DNA of 39,304 nucleotides from an uncultured Gammaproteobacteria bacterium (lineage in GTDB: Bacteria; Patescibacteriota; Microgenomatia; UBA10105), in contig CAYLWN010000002.1 in assembly GCA_964387625.1 (NCBI GenBank), positions 39,120 through 78,423 of the forward strand, given 5' to 3'. A program made the translations under genes and the position numbers. Shown in pieces: positions 1 through 8,483 of this stretch. Positions within the stretch are counted from its first letter, which is position 1. Every line of letters starts with the position of its first letter. The notes beneath the pieces were generated by a model, which saw only the letters and a program-made list of their open reading frames with translations, had not been told where the DNA came from and ran no database searches.

Positions 1-21
1 TATAATGAGCTCCATAAATTT

Positions 22-801
22 ATGTTACCGGATATTTTCAATCTACAATTAATCAAAATTTCCTTATACGGTTTATTTATTGTTACGGGTTTTGTAATTT
101 GGTCTTTTATTTTTTGGCGGAATTTACGTGATCAAGGTATAGATGACGAAAAAATTTTTGATAATTTATTGACAGTTACCATATCTTCAATAATTATTGC
201 CAGATTAGTTTATGTTTTTATAAATTGGCATAATTTTGCCCCAAACATATTGAGAGTTTTAGTGATTTGGAAATTTCCCGGGTTTTCATTTTGGGGAGCA
301 TTTTTTGGAGGAATTTTAGGCAGCTTATTAATTACGTTAAAGCAAAAGTTTCCGGTAGCTCAGGTTTTTGACAGTTATGGTGTTTCTTTTCCTTATGCCA
401 TGTTTTGGACATCAATGGTGTCAGTTTTTAACGGAACAGTAATAGGAACGACTACATCACTTTTTTGGGGGACCCAATCATTGGGACTGGTTGGTAAAAG
501 ACACCCAGTAGCTATTTATAGTGCTTTTATAGCTTTATTTATAATTATTTTCATCTTTATTATTAAGAAAAAATGGAGCCTAAAACATAAACCTGGCATA
601 ATTAGTTCCTTGGTTTTTTTCATTTTTGGGTTTGGTGAATTCATGCTTGCATTTTTTAGGGCTGATCTTCTATACTGGGATAGTGTTTCTATAGAGCATA
701 TATTGGCATTTTTGGTTTTGATTGTATCGGCAGTAATTTTAATAATCAATTTAAGCAGGATAAAAAGTACCAATACTGATATAAAAATAAATAATTTATG
801 A
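22..801 (+). CDS. lgt: Prolipoprotein diacylglyceryl transferase (Lgt) family membrane protein
   Basis: Multi-TM 259 aa ORF with Lgt-like motifs (YG near N-terminus, ARLVYV, GFSFWGAFFGG, KRHPVAIY, FFRAD). Divergent: the canonical R-x-G-N-F motif is not evident. Confidence 0.75.
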   Translation: MLPDIFNLQLIKISLYGLFIVTGFVIWSFIFWRNLRDQGIDDEKIFDNLLTVTISSIIIARLVYVFINWHNFAPNILRVLVIWKFPGFSFWGAFFGGILGSLLITLKQKFPVAQVFDSYGVSFPYAMFWTSMVSVFNGTVIGTTTSLFWGTQSLGLVGKRHPVAIYSAFIALFIIIFIFIIKKKWSLKHKPGIISSLVFFIFGFGEFMLAFFRADLLYWDSVSIEHILAFLVLIVSAVILIINLSRIKSTNTDIKINNL

Positions 802-1160
802 TTAAATTTCCTAAAGCAATTTTAAAAAACATCGAAGATGCCTTGCAGGTTGAAAAAAAACAGGTATTAATTCAAATATCCGATTTATCTGCACAAGATC
901 CTTTTTCTGATATTGACAGACTCAATGATAATGCTGCTTCAGATACTGAAGCTAAAGAAGAGACAGATCACGAAAGATATCAAGCATTACTCACTGAATT
1001 AAAAAGTAAACAAGATGCCATTGATGCGGCTTTAAAGCGGATTGATAAAGGAAATTACGGTTCCTGCGATAATTGCGGTTATTTGATAGATACAGATAGA
1101 TTAGCAGCATTGCCTACAGCTACCTTGTGTGTTAATTGTGAAAACAACAAAAAACACTGA
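798..1160 (+). CDS. TraR/DksA C4-type zinc finger protein
   Basis: Coiled coil followed by AALKRIDKGNYGSCDNC...RLAALPTATLCVNC. ATGA overlap with the lgt stop. Confidence 0.9.
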   Translation: MIKFPKAILKNIEDALQVEKKQVLIQISDLSAQDPFSDIDRLNDNAASDTEAKEETDHERYQALLTELKSKQDAIDAALKRIDKGNYGSCDNCGYLIDTDRLAALPTATLCVNCENNKKH

Positions 1161-1196
1161 TTTTCTAAAAAATTACAACATAACATCTCCTGACTT

Positions 1197-1964
1197 ATGC
1201 AAATAAAAATTCTTTACCAAGATCCTCATTTACTAGTTATTGATAAACCTTTTGGAATTGTAGTTAATCGGGCTGATACAGTAAAAGAAGACACTGTACA
1301 GGATTGGGTGGAAGCTGAATTAAAGATTAACCCGCCTGCTAACGCTTTGCGTAAGCAAATGCGGGCAGGAGATTTAAGATTAAAGAATAAAGATAATGAA
1401 GATTTTTATAATCGAAGTGGAATTGTGCACAGATTAGATAAAGAAACTTCAGGATGCTTGATAATTGCAAAAGATTTTGACAGTTTTATAAAACTACAAC
1501 AAGCTTTTAAAAATCATGCAGTTAAAAAAGAATATATTGCTTTAGTTCACGGGCAACTCAAAATAACTAGCGGTGATATCAATGTACCAATTGGTCGGCT
1601 TCCTTGGAATCGGGAAAGGTTTGGCGTTGTTCCTGGAGGTAAAGCATCACACACCAAATTTTTGGTAACTAATTTCTACCAAAAGGATAAAGAAAATTTC
1701 AGTTTGTTGAAATTGATGCCGACTACAGGTAGAACTCATCAAATACGCGTACATCTTAAATATTTAGGTTATCCTATTGTTGGCGATTATTTATATGCCG
1801 GTAGAAAATTACAGGCACATGACAGAAAATGGTGTCCCAGAGTTTTTTTACATGCTACAAAAATTTCTTTTCCACACCCTCAAACAGAAAAAGAAGTTAC
1901 TATCGAAGCCAAATTACCACTAGATTTACTGCAAATTCTTGAAAGTCTTACGAAAATTAACTGA
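1197..1964 (+). CDS. RluA/RluD-family pseudouridine synthase (no S4 domain), carrying a 13-codon palindromic insertion
   Basis: Motifs VIDKPFG, GIVHRLDKETSG (catalytic Asp), TGRTHQIRVH, PIVGDYLY and LHA. Confidence 0.95.
   Translation: MQIKILYQDPHLLVIDKPFGIVVNRADTVKEDTVQDWVEAELKINPPANALRKQMRAGDLRLKNKDNEDFYNRSGIVHRLDKETSGCLIIAKDFDSFIKLQQAFKNHAVKKEYIALVHGQLKITSGDINVPIGRLPWNRERFGVVPGGKASHTKFLVTNFYQKDKENFSLLKLMPTTGRTHQIRVHLKYLGYPIVGDYLYAGRKLQAHDRKWCPRVFLHATKISFPHPQTEKEVTIEAKLPLDLLQILESLTKIN
1331..1369. repeat. 39-bp GC-rich palindromic element, in frame in the RluA-family gene
   Basis: CCCGCCTGC-taacgctttgcgtaagcaaat-GCGGGCAGG. Same ends and length as 38559-38597. Confidence 0.9.
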
Positions 1965-1977
1965 TATCAGTATTATT

Positions 1978-1996
1978 TACTGAGCTTGTCGAAGGG
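1978..1996. repeat. REP-like unit, CTGAGC-n-GTCGAAG family
   Basis: tactgagcttgtcgaaggg. Related copies at 36267-36290 (reverse), 39100-39131 (reverse, degenerate) and 39142-39161. Confidence 0.65.
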
Positions 1997-2017
1997 TATT
2001 AATTCTTTTTATTTGCT

Positions 2018-2184
2018 GTTACTTTCTCTGCATGCTCCAGAGAAAGTAACCAAAGAGAAGGCAAACCCGTGAAGGTTTTGCAATTTTTCTAAATTCAGAT
2101 AATCAGGTGGAACCTCGGACTATTCAGCCGTATCCACACTTTTATCTTTCATTAAGAAAAATTATGCAAAACACTTCAAGGGTT
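2018..2184. other. Structured intergenic element: 13-bp hairpin plus ~120-nt irregular stem-loop (ncRNA or MITE-like repeat)
   Basis: gttactttctctg (2018-2030) pairs perfectly with cagagaaagtaac (2038-2050). 2064-2090 pairs with 2155-2184 with bulges. Inner agataa/ttatct, gtgga/tccac and cgg/ccg helices. Confidence 0.6.
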
Positions 2185-2268
2185 ATTTATTAAAAAATAA
2201 TTTAACAATACAATAATCGGTATACAATTCTTGCTTAATTTAGCCATTTAATTTACCATAAAATTAAT

Positions 2269-3996
2269 ATGCCCTCAGATATTTTGTTATATTTGCTGAT
2301 TTTATTAATTGCAGCTTTTGTTGGCGGTACTATTTCAAAATCCATTAAACAACCACCGGTGGTGGGCTATTTAATGTCGGGTTTGATTTTGGGATTGATA
2401 TTCGGTAACAATTTCAAAATTTTAACCATAGATTTTTTAGCAGAGTTGGGAATTGTCCTGCTTTTGTTTACATTAGGTTTGGAGTTTCCTTTAGACAGAT
2501 TTAAAAAATCCGGTCAGACAACCGTTATTGCCGCCATTGCTCAAGTATTATTAACTATCATTATTTTATCTATATTGATTACCGGCTTTGGTTTTAGTTT
2601 TTATGCCGCACTTTTTATGGCAACTGCTTTTTCCATGTCATCAACAGCCTTGATTGTTAAAATATTAGGAGATAAAGACGAGATGGAAACCCACCCTTCA
2701 CAAGTATTGATTACCTGGACTGTAACTCAGGACTTAATCGTGCTGCCTTTATTGATAATATTGCCAACTTTAGGTAAAGAATTATTTCAAGGCAGTTTTC
2801 ATTTTTTGGTAATTTTTAGTATATTTAAAAATTTGCTTGTCGCAGGTGTTTTATTATTTATAGTTTTGTTATTGGGTAGAAAATGGGTGCCTTATGCTAT
2901 TGGTAAAATATCTTCCCTAAATAACCGGGAACTGTTATTGGTTGCCATTTTGCTTATCACAATAGCATTTGGATGGTTTACGCAAATTTTAGGTTTTTCT
3001 GTAGAAATTGGTGCTTTCTTAATGGGAATTATGATTGCCAGATCAGCTCAAAATCATGCTGTTTTTTCTGAAATAAGACCTTTACGTGATATATTTGCCA
3101 TGTTGTTTTTTGTAACTTTGGGACTTTTGATTCCCTCAGGATTTATTTTTGCCAATTTCGCAATTATTTTTGAAATGACACTTTTGGTGATCATCATTAA
3201 ATTCATCTTATGTCTGATTTTACTATTTTATCTTGGATTTCATGCCCGCACCTCATTTTTTGTATCCCTAGGACTTATAAATGTAGGTGAATTTGCTTTT
3301 GTTTTGTCCCGTATGGGATTGGCACAAAATTTAATATCTACACATGTTTTTGGTCTGATTGTTTCGGTAACATTATTTTCTATCATATTTTTTCCACCGG
3401 TATTTTTTTCATCAGCTATAATTTTTCAATTTGTTAGGGATTTATTCAAAAAAAGATGGAACGGTATGTATGTTAAAATATTTTCCGGAGTTAATCATGT
3501 TGAAACTTTACCGCAATTGCTTTTAAAAGATCATGTGGTTTTATGCGGATACGGTAGAGTAGGTAAATATGTGGGTAGAGCACTCGAAATGATGCAAATT
3601 CCATATATTGTTGTCGAATATAATCATCAAAAATCCGAAGAACTCAAAGAAAAAGGTATTCCTGTCATTTATGGGGATCCATCAGACCGGGATATATTGG
3701 ATTATGCCCAAGTTGATTATGCAAAGGCTGTCGTGATTGCCATTCCTGATCTTCACACTCAAAGCCAAATTATTGTTAATAGTTTAAATTTGAATTCAGA
3801 AATTCAAATATATTGCCGGACACACAGAGAAGGGGATCAGAAGCTACTTAAAGCCTTAGGAGCCACGTATATTATCCAACCAGAGTTTGAGGCCTCTTTG
3901 TCAATTACTGATAAATTGTTGAAATTATTTGGAATTTCCGGAGAAGATATCAATGGTAAACTGATCCGCTTAAAAATAGAACATGGATTGGGGTAA
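2269..3996 (+). CDS. CPA2/Kef-type cation:proton antiporter with C-terminal TrkA-N (RCK) domain
   Basis: Many TM segments with LAELGIVLLLFTLGLEF, SSTA, QDL and GEFAFVL, then HVVLCGYGRVG and YGD Rossmann-like motifs. Confidence 0.93.
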   Translation: MPSDILLYLLILLIAAFVGGTISKSIKQPPVVGYLMSGLILGLIFGNNFKILTIDFLAELGIVLLLFTLGLEFPLDRFKKSGQTTVIAAIAQVLLTIIILSILITGFGFSFYAALFMATAFSMSSTALIVKILGDKDEMETHPSQVLITWTVTQDLIVLPLLIILPTLGKELFQGSFHFLVIFSIFKNLLVAGVLLFIVLLLGRKWVPYAIGKISSLNNRELLLVAILLITIAFGWFTQILGFSVEIGAFLMGIMIARSAQNHAVFSEIRPLRDIFAMLFFVTLGLLIPSGFIFANFAIIFEMTLLVIIIKFILCLILLFYLGFHARTSFFVSLGLINVGEFAFVLSRMGLAQNLISTHVFGLIVSVTLFSIIFFPPVFFSSAIIFQFVRDLFKKRWNGMYVKIFSGVNHVETLPQLLLKDHVVLCGYGRVGKYVGRALEMMQIPYIVVEYNHQKSEELKEKGIPVIYGDPSDRDILDYAQVDYAKAVVIAIPDLHTQSQIIVNSLNLNSEIQIYCRTHREGDQKLLKALGATYIIQPEFEASLSITDKLLKLFGISGEDINGKLIRLKIEHGLG

Positions 3997-4016
3997 TGAT
4001 AAAATATTAAACTATT

Positions 4017-4334
4017 TTATTCCATTGTAATTATTTGATCAGTACAATAGTGCCACACACTTTCTTTTATATCAAACCACGCATTCATACAATCTCTTAT
4101 AATAGTGCCTGGAGGACATTCCTCACCCGGTTTAAGAATTACATAAACAGGATTACTAAGGTGTCCTTGCATGCAGGCAGTTGGAATAGTAAAAAGTATT
4201 GTTTCATTTGTATCATTTCTAATTTGGGAAAATACTGGTTTACCATCAGGTCCTGAAAGAATATGTTTTGAAGAATCTATTCCTCTTTGTCCTAATTGAA
4301 CTGTTCCTCTCGCTTCAGCGTTATTATATGCCAT
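4017..4334 (-). CDS. Hypothetical protein (105 aa)
   Basis: ATG-started ORF filling the kef-tgt gap, with TATAAT 11 nt upstream on the minus strand. No recognisable family. Confidence 0.6.
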   Translation of the reverse strand: MAYNNAEARGTVQLGQRGIDSSKHILSGPDGKPVFSQIRNDTNETILFTIPTACMQGHLSNPVYVILKPGEECPPGTIIRDCMNAWFDIKESVWHYCTDQIITME

Positions 4335-4397
4335 AATGGTTTAGTATTATACTAATCACTCTAAATCATGTCAATATTAGTGGTAAAATAGGGGATT

Positions 4398-5690
4398 ATG
4401 AAGGATTTTAGGTTTAAAATAAAATATCAGGATAAAACCACTCAGGCGAGGGTAGGCGAGATTACTACTTCTCATGGAATTATTCATACGCCCGCATTTG
4501 TGCCATGTGGAACTCAAGCAACTGTCAAATCATTGACTCCTGATGAATTAAAACAATTAAAAGTAGATTTATTTTTTGTCAACACTTATCATATGATGTT
4601 GCGTCCCGGAATTGAAGTGATTAAAAAAGCCGGTGGTTTACACAAGTTTATGAATTGGCGCTTTCCGATTATTACGGATTCCGGTGGATTTCAGTTATTT
4701 TCATTAGGTAGAAAGAAGTTTAGTAAAGATGGAAAGACGGGAAGACAGGAAGACGGGAAGACAGTAGAACCGATTATTATTAAAATTTCTGATGACGGGG
4801 TTAAATTTCAATCTCATTGGGATGGTTCGAAGCATGAGTTAACTCCTGAAAAATCCATGGAACTGCAATGGCAATTAGGCAGCGATATTCATATTGCTTT
4901 TGACGACTGTACTCCTTATCCTGTGACTTATAAACAGGCAAAACAATCAATGGAAAGGACACATAGATGGGCTATCAGAAGTTTGGATAAACATAATAAA
5001 ATAAATAACCTTTATTCTTCGAATCCCGACGAAGTCGTGGATGAGAAGTTAGCCATGATTAGTTCTCGCTCCGCAAAGCGGACCTCGAACAATAATTATC
5101 AAGCACTATATGGCGTTGTTCATGGAAGTATTTTTAAAGATTTACGTGAAAAATCCTCAGATTTTATATCCCAATTGGACTTTGATGGCATTGCAATTGG
5201 TGGAGTATCTGTAGGAGAAAGCAAGATAGAAATGAAAAATGTTTGTAGCTGGGTAACTTCCAGGTTACCGGTCAACAAACCTCGTCATTTATTGGGAGTA
5301 GGAGAAATTGATGATATTTTTGAAATTATCGAGCAAGGGATAGATACTTTTGATTGCGTACAACCTACAAGGTTGGGACGGATGGGAAAACTATTTATAA
5401 ATCCAACAAATTTGACTAATTTATCTAATTTGACAAATCGTTTTCAAATCGACATCACCAAAAAAATATATGCTGATGATTTTAACCCTGTGAATTTAAA
5501 TTGTACCTGTTACACTTGCCGAAATTTTACCAGAGCGTATTTGCATCATTTATTTAAAGTCAGAGAATTATTGGCATATCGGTTAGCCTCAATTCATAAT
5601 CTGCATTTTGTTATTGATTTAGTTTGTCAAATCCGAGAAAATATCTTCACAGGTAATTTTTTACAATTTAAAAATAATTATTTAAAATAA
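4398..5690 (+). CDS. tgt: tRNA-guanine transglycosylase with repeat-derived insertions
   Basis: TPAFVPCGT, NTYH, TDSGGFQ, DDC, GIAIGGVSVGE, KPRHLLGVG, DTFDCVQPTR and Zn ligands CTCYTC...HN. Confidence 0.96.
   Translation: MKDFRFKIKYQDKTTQARVGEITTSHGIIHTPAFVPCGTQATVKSLTPDELKQLKVDLFFVNTYHMMLRPGIEVIKKAGGLHKFMNWRFPIITDSGGFQLFSLGRKKFSKDGKTGRQEDGKTVEPIIIKISDDGVKFQSHWDGSKHELTPEKSMELQWQLGSDIHIAFDDCTPYPVTYKQAKQSMERTHRWAIRSLDKHNKINNLYSSNPDEVVDEKLAMISSRSAKRTSNNNYQALYGVVHGSIFKDLREKSSDFISQLDFDGIAIGGVSVGESKIEMKNVCSWVTSRLPVNKPRHLLGVGEIDDIFEIIEQGIDTFDCVQPTRLGRMGKLFINPTNLTNLSNLTNRFQIDITKKIYADDFNPVNLNCTCYTCRNFTRAYLHHLFKVRELLAYRLASIHNLHFVIDLVCQIRENIFTGNFLQFKNNYLK
4728..4767 (+). repeat. Five imperfect 8-bp tandem repeats inside tgt
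   Basis: gatggaaa gacgggaa gacaggaa gacgggaa gacagtag, encoding DGKTGRQEDGKTV. Confidence 0.85.
5012..5095. repeat. REPIN-like inverted doublet translated inside tgt
   Basis: Outer IR ttattcttcga/tcgaacaataa (1 mismatch), inner gagaa/ttctc, and a small hairpin in each half (cgac-gaa-gtcg; tccgc-aaa-gcgga). Confidence 0.75.
5400..5438 (+). repeat. 9-bp tandem repeats inside tgt (NPT-NLT-NLS-NLT-N)
   Basis: aatccaaca aatttgact aatttatct aatttgaca aat. Confidence 0.75.
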
Positions 5691-5698
5691 ACTTATAT

Positions 5699-5782
5699 TG
5701 TCATTCTGACTCCCGAAGGGATGAAGAATCTTCTCATAATGATAAAAAAATAGAAGATCCTTTGTTGTCACTCAGGACGACA
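5699..5782. repeat. Intergenic REPIN-like doublet (GTCAT family)
   Basis: tgtcattctga-ctcccgaaggga-tgaagaatct ... agatcctttg...ctcaggacgaca: inverted halves around an AT-rich spacer. Confidence 0.8.
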
Positions 5783-5804
5783 TGTATGAAAGGGGTGATT
5801 CTAT

Positions 5805-5945
5805 ATGGGTTTTGGAGGATTTTATAAAGGAGAAAAAAAGAAAGTTAAAAAATCAATCATGGAAAAAAAAGCCTTAAAAAACAGCAATGCAAATTTTGTT
5901 TTACCTCAAGTGGAAATAATTAAAAAAGGCAAGAAAGAGTGGTAA
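5805..5945 (+). CDS. Small lysine-rich protein, 46 aa (absent from the ORF track)
   Basis: AAAGGGGTGA RBS 6 nt before the ATG. Translates as MGFGGFYKGEKKKVKKSIMEKKALKNSNANFVLPQVEIIKKGKKEW*. The stop lies 7 nt before the next ATG. Confidence 0.75.
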   Translation: MGFGGFYKGEKKKVKKSIMEKKALKNSNANFVLPQVEIIKKGKKEW

Positions 5946-5952
5946 GAATATA

Positions 5953-6927
5953 ATGAGCCGTAAAACTGCCTATAATTTACGAAAAAATCACCAGATGAAA
6001 ATAACCAAATGGTTATGCGTTGTCGGTGTGACTTTAATTTTGGGAATAGTAGCCATCCAGCAGGTAAATAACTCAAAATTTTTAAATAATAATTGGCGGA
6101 CAAATATTGTGTTTCACACGGAACCTACAACTGTTATTTCATTTTCAAAACAGGCAAGTGACAGGACAATTATTTTTACCTTACCCTCAAATGTGATTGT
6201 AAATGTACCCTTTGGTTATCAGCAATATCAATTACAAGCTGTATGGAAATTGGCTCAAATGGAAAAAAAGTATGATATCTACTCACAAACAATTGAAGAT
6301 CTTTTTGCTACATATGTATCTGGATGGGTAGGTCAGGAAGACTTACCAGATATAAATTCACAATCGGAAGACATTTTCAAACAATTATCCGCACATTTTA
6401 GCTTAATAAAATTACTCACATCACCAAATATTTCCAACTTATCATTATTGGATAGATTTTTAATGTGGTGGGAACTGATTCAAGTTCAAAATAAATCTGA
6501 CTTGGTAGATTTAACACAACCCACAAATTTGATTGAAACTCAAACATTACCGGACACCTCAATTGCAAAATCTGTCAACCATATTAATTGGTTTAAACTT
6601 TTGACTGAAAAATTAGTAGATACACAAATTCGTCAGGAAGGATTATCTATTGAAGTGAGAAACAGTACTTTAGTAAGGAATGTAGGCCAGAAATTTGCCC
6701 AAATATTGACTAATTCAGGAGCAAAAGTCATTTCTTTAAATAATATTTCTAAAAATATAGAAAAGTGTGAAATTATTTATAATCCTAAATTATCAAAATC
6801 AAAAATAATTAAATGGCTAACTTCTGAGTTTGGGTGCGCAGTAAATTTAAATAATGAAACCAATGGTATGGATATATTGATAATCTTAGGTAAATATTAT
6901 GGGGATCGTTGGGTGGGTTCAGAGTGA
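5953..6927 (+). CDS. Membrane-anchored LCP-like protein with C-terminal LytR_C domain
   Basis: N-terminal TM. C-terminal SIEVRNST...GQKFAQILTNSGAKVI...DILIILGKYY matches the LytR_C pattern. Confidence 0.7.
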   Translation: MSRKTAYNLRKNHQMKITKWLCVVGVTLILGIVAIQQVNNSKFLNNNWRTNIVFHTEPTTVISFSKQASDRTIIFTLPSNVIVNVPFGYQQYQLQAVWKLAQMEKKYDIYSQTIEDLFATYVSGWVGQEDLPDINSQSEDIFKQLSAHFSLIKLLTSPNISNLSLLDRFLMWWELIQVQNKSDLVDLTQPTNLIETQTLPDTSIAKSVNHINWFKLLTEKLVDTQIRQEGLSIEVRNSTLVRNVGQKFAQILTNSGAKVISLNNISKNIEKCEIIYNPKLSKSKIIKWLTSEFGCAVNLNNETNGMDILIILGKYYGDRWVGSE

Positions 6928-6948
6928 CAATGTAAGAATTAATTATTT

Positions 6949-7653
6949 TCAATATTCTCCAGCAGTTTCAACTTTTTTTATTTGGGCAGACGGCGAAATA
7001 TCTTCATCATCAGCCTGATATGAATAGAAACTGGAAACCGAAAAAGAGGGAAAATTTATATATTTAGCGGATTTTTTTATTTCTCTGATAAATACACTGA
7101 CACAATTTTTTGAACAATTTTTAATATAGGCATCATAAAGATTTCCGGCATTGATGAATTTTAATAACCTATGCGATAAATCGTCAGGCAAAGCACCAAT
7201 ATATAAATTTTTACCATTTCTAATTTCTATTTTATGTTTTTTTATCACTAAATATACTTTTTGAGTAGTAATGATATTGCATAAAATTTTTGCCGGTGCA
7301 GGATCAACCAGGATAACTATTTTAGTTTTTCCCGGTTCTTCCAAAAAAATAGTTGGTGTGGAAGAAATTGTCGGGTCGCATACAATATCATCCTGGTTTA
7401 CATTTTCCAGCCACTTTAAATTTTTCAAAGCAATAGGATTATATTTATCAATTTTTAAAACCTTTTTGTATGTTGATTTAGAACATGTCAGATTACCGGA
7501 TTTAAGATATGCATAAGCCAGGCGGTTTAAAGTTTCGGTATTTTGAGGTTCAATTTTTAGAAGGTCGCAATTTATACGGATAGCTTCTTTCCAATTCTGA
7601 GTCAGGGCATTTTTTATAGCTAAATTAACAGAAATTTTATCAGCATTATCCAT
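6949..7653 (-). CDS. TPR-repeat protein
   Basis: N-terminal TPR pattern (WKEAIRIN...EPQNTETLNRLAYAYLKSG...YKKVLKIDKYNPIALKNL) followed by an FLEEPGKTK-containing beta domain. Confidence 0.8.
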   Translation of the reverse strand: MDNADKISVNLAIKNALTQNWKEAIRINCDLLKIEPQNTETLNRLAYAYLKSGNLTCSKSTYKKVLKIDKYNPIALKNLKWLENVNQDDIVCDPTISSTPTIFLEEPGKTKIVILVDPAPAKILCNIITTQKVYLVIKKHKIEIRNGKNLYIGALPDDLSHRLLKFINAGNLYDAYIKNCSKNCVSVFIREIKKSAKYINFPSFSVSSFYSYQADDEDISPSAQIKKVETAGEY

Positions 7654-7737
7654 ATTTTAAGGTATAGTGATAACTGTAACAATATAAACGATTGGAAAAA
7701 TTTGTCAACTAGGTAAAAAGGTCAAATTTCATGCAGA

Positions 7738-7746
7738 TGGTATAAT
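7738..7746 (+). promoter_or_regulatory. Extended -10 promoter (TGgTATAAT) for a near-leaderless yebC transcript
   Basis: TGGTATAAT ends 8 nt before the ATG at 7755, with no SD sequence. Confidence 0.65.
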
Positions 7747-7754
7747 AAAACCAT

Positions 7755-8483
7755 ATGTCAGGTCACAGTAAATGGTCTACGATTAAGCATCAAAAAGCTG
7801 TAACAGATAATAAACGCGGACAAATTTTTACGAAAATTGCTAATCAAATAATTATTGCTGTCAAAGAAGGTGGTAAAATTGCTGATCCGGCAGCCAATTT
7901 CCGTTTACGGCTGGTTATAGAAAAAGCCAAATCTGTAAATATGCCCAAAGATAATATTGACCGGGCAATAGAAAGAGGGATGGGAGTAAATGATGGGGGT
8001 TTGCAACTTTCGGAGATAAATTATGAAGGCTTCGGTCCAAACGTCAGTGCGTTATTAGTTAGTTGTGTAACGGATAACAGACAACGGACTGCATCATTGT
8101 TAAAAAATATTTTTTCAACTCATGGCGGTAATTTGTCGGGCGCGGGGAGTGTGGCTTATTTATTTAAAAAAGTAGGTCAACTGATGACTCCGAGAAATTA
8201 TACTCAAGATCAAATGTTGGAAATTGCAATTGACTGTAATGCTCAGGATTTGGCAGTTGAGGAAGATAATTTTCTCATATATACAGAACCAAATTTATTG
8301 CATCAGGTAAAAAATGCTTTGGAAAATAAACAGGTTCAAGTTACACTGGCAGAACTTATTTTTAAACCGGAAATACTAATAGAAGTAACAGACGCACAAA
8401 AAAATCAATTGATAAAATTATTGGAAGCTTTATATGATTCTGACGATGTACACGCAGTTTTTACTAACGTAAAATTAGTATGA
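7755..8483 (+). CDS. yebC: YebC/PmpR (TACO1) family protein
   Basis: MSGHSKWSTIKHQK, NMPKDNIDRAI, YEGFGP, TDNRQRT and DDVHAVFTN. Confidence 0.96.
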   Translation: MSGHSKWSTIKHQKAVTDNKRGQIFTKIANQIIIAVKEGGKIADPAANFRLRLVIEKAKSVNMPKDNIDRAIERGMGVNDGGLQLSEINYEGFGPNVSALLVSCVTDNRQRTASLLKNIFSTHGGNLSGAGSVAYLFKKVGQLMTPRNYTQDQMLEIAIDCNAQDLAVEEDNFLIYTEPNLLHQVKNALENKQVQVTLAELIFKPEILIEVTDAQKNQLIKLLEALYDSDDVHAVFTNVKLV

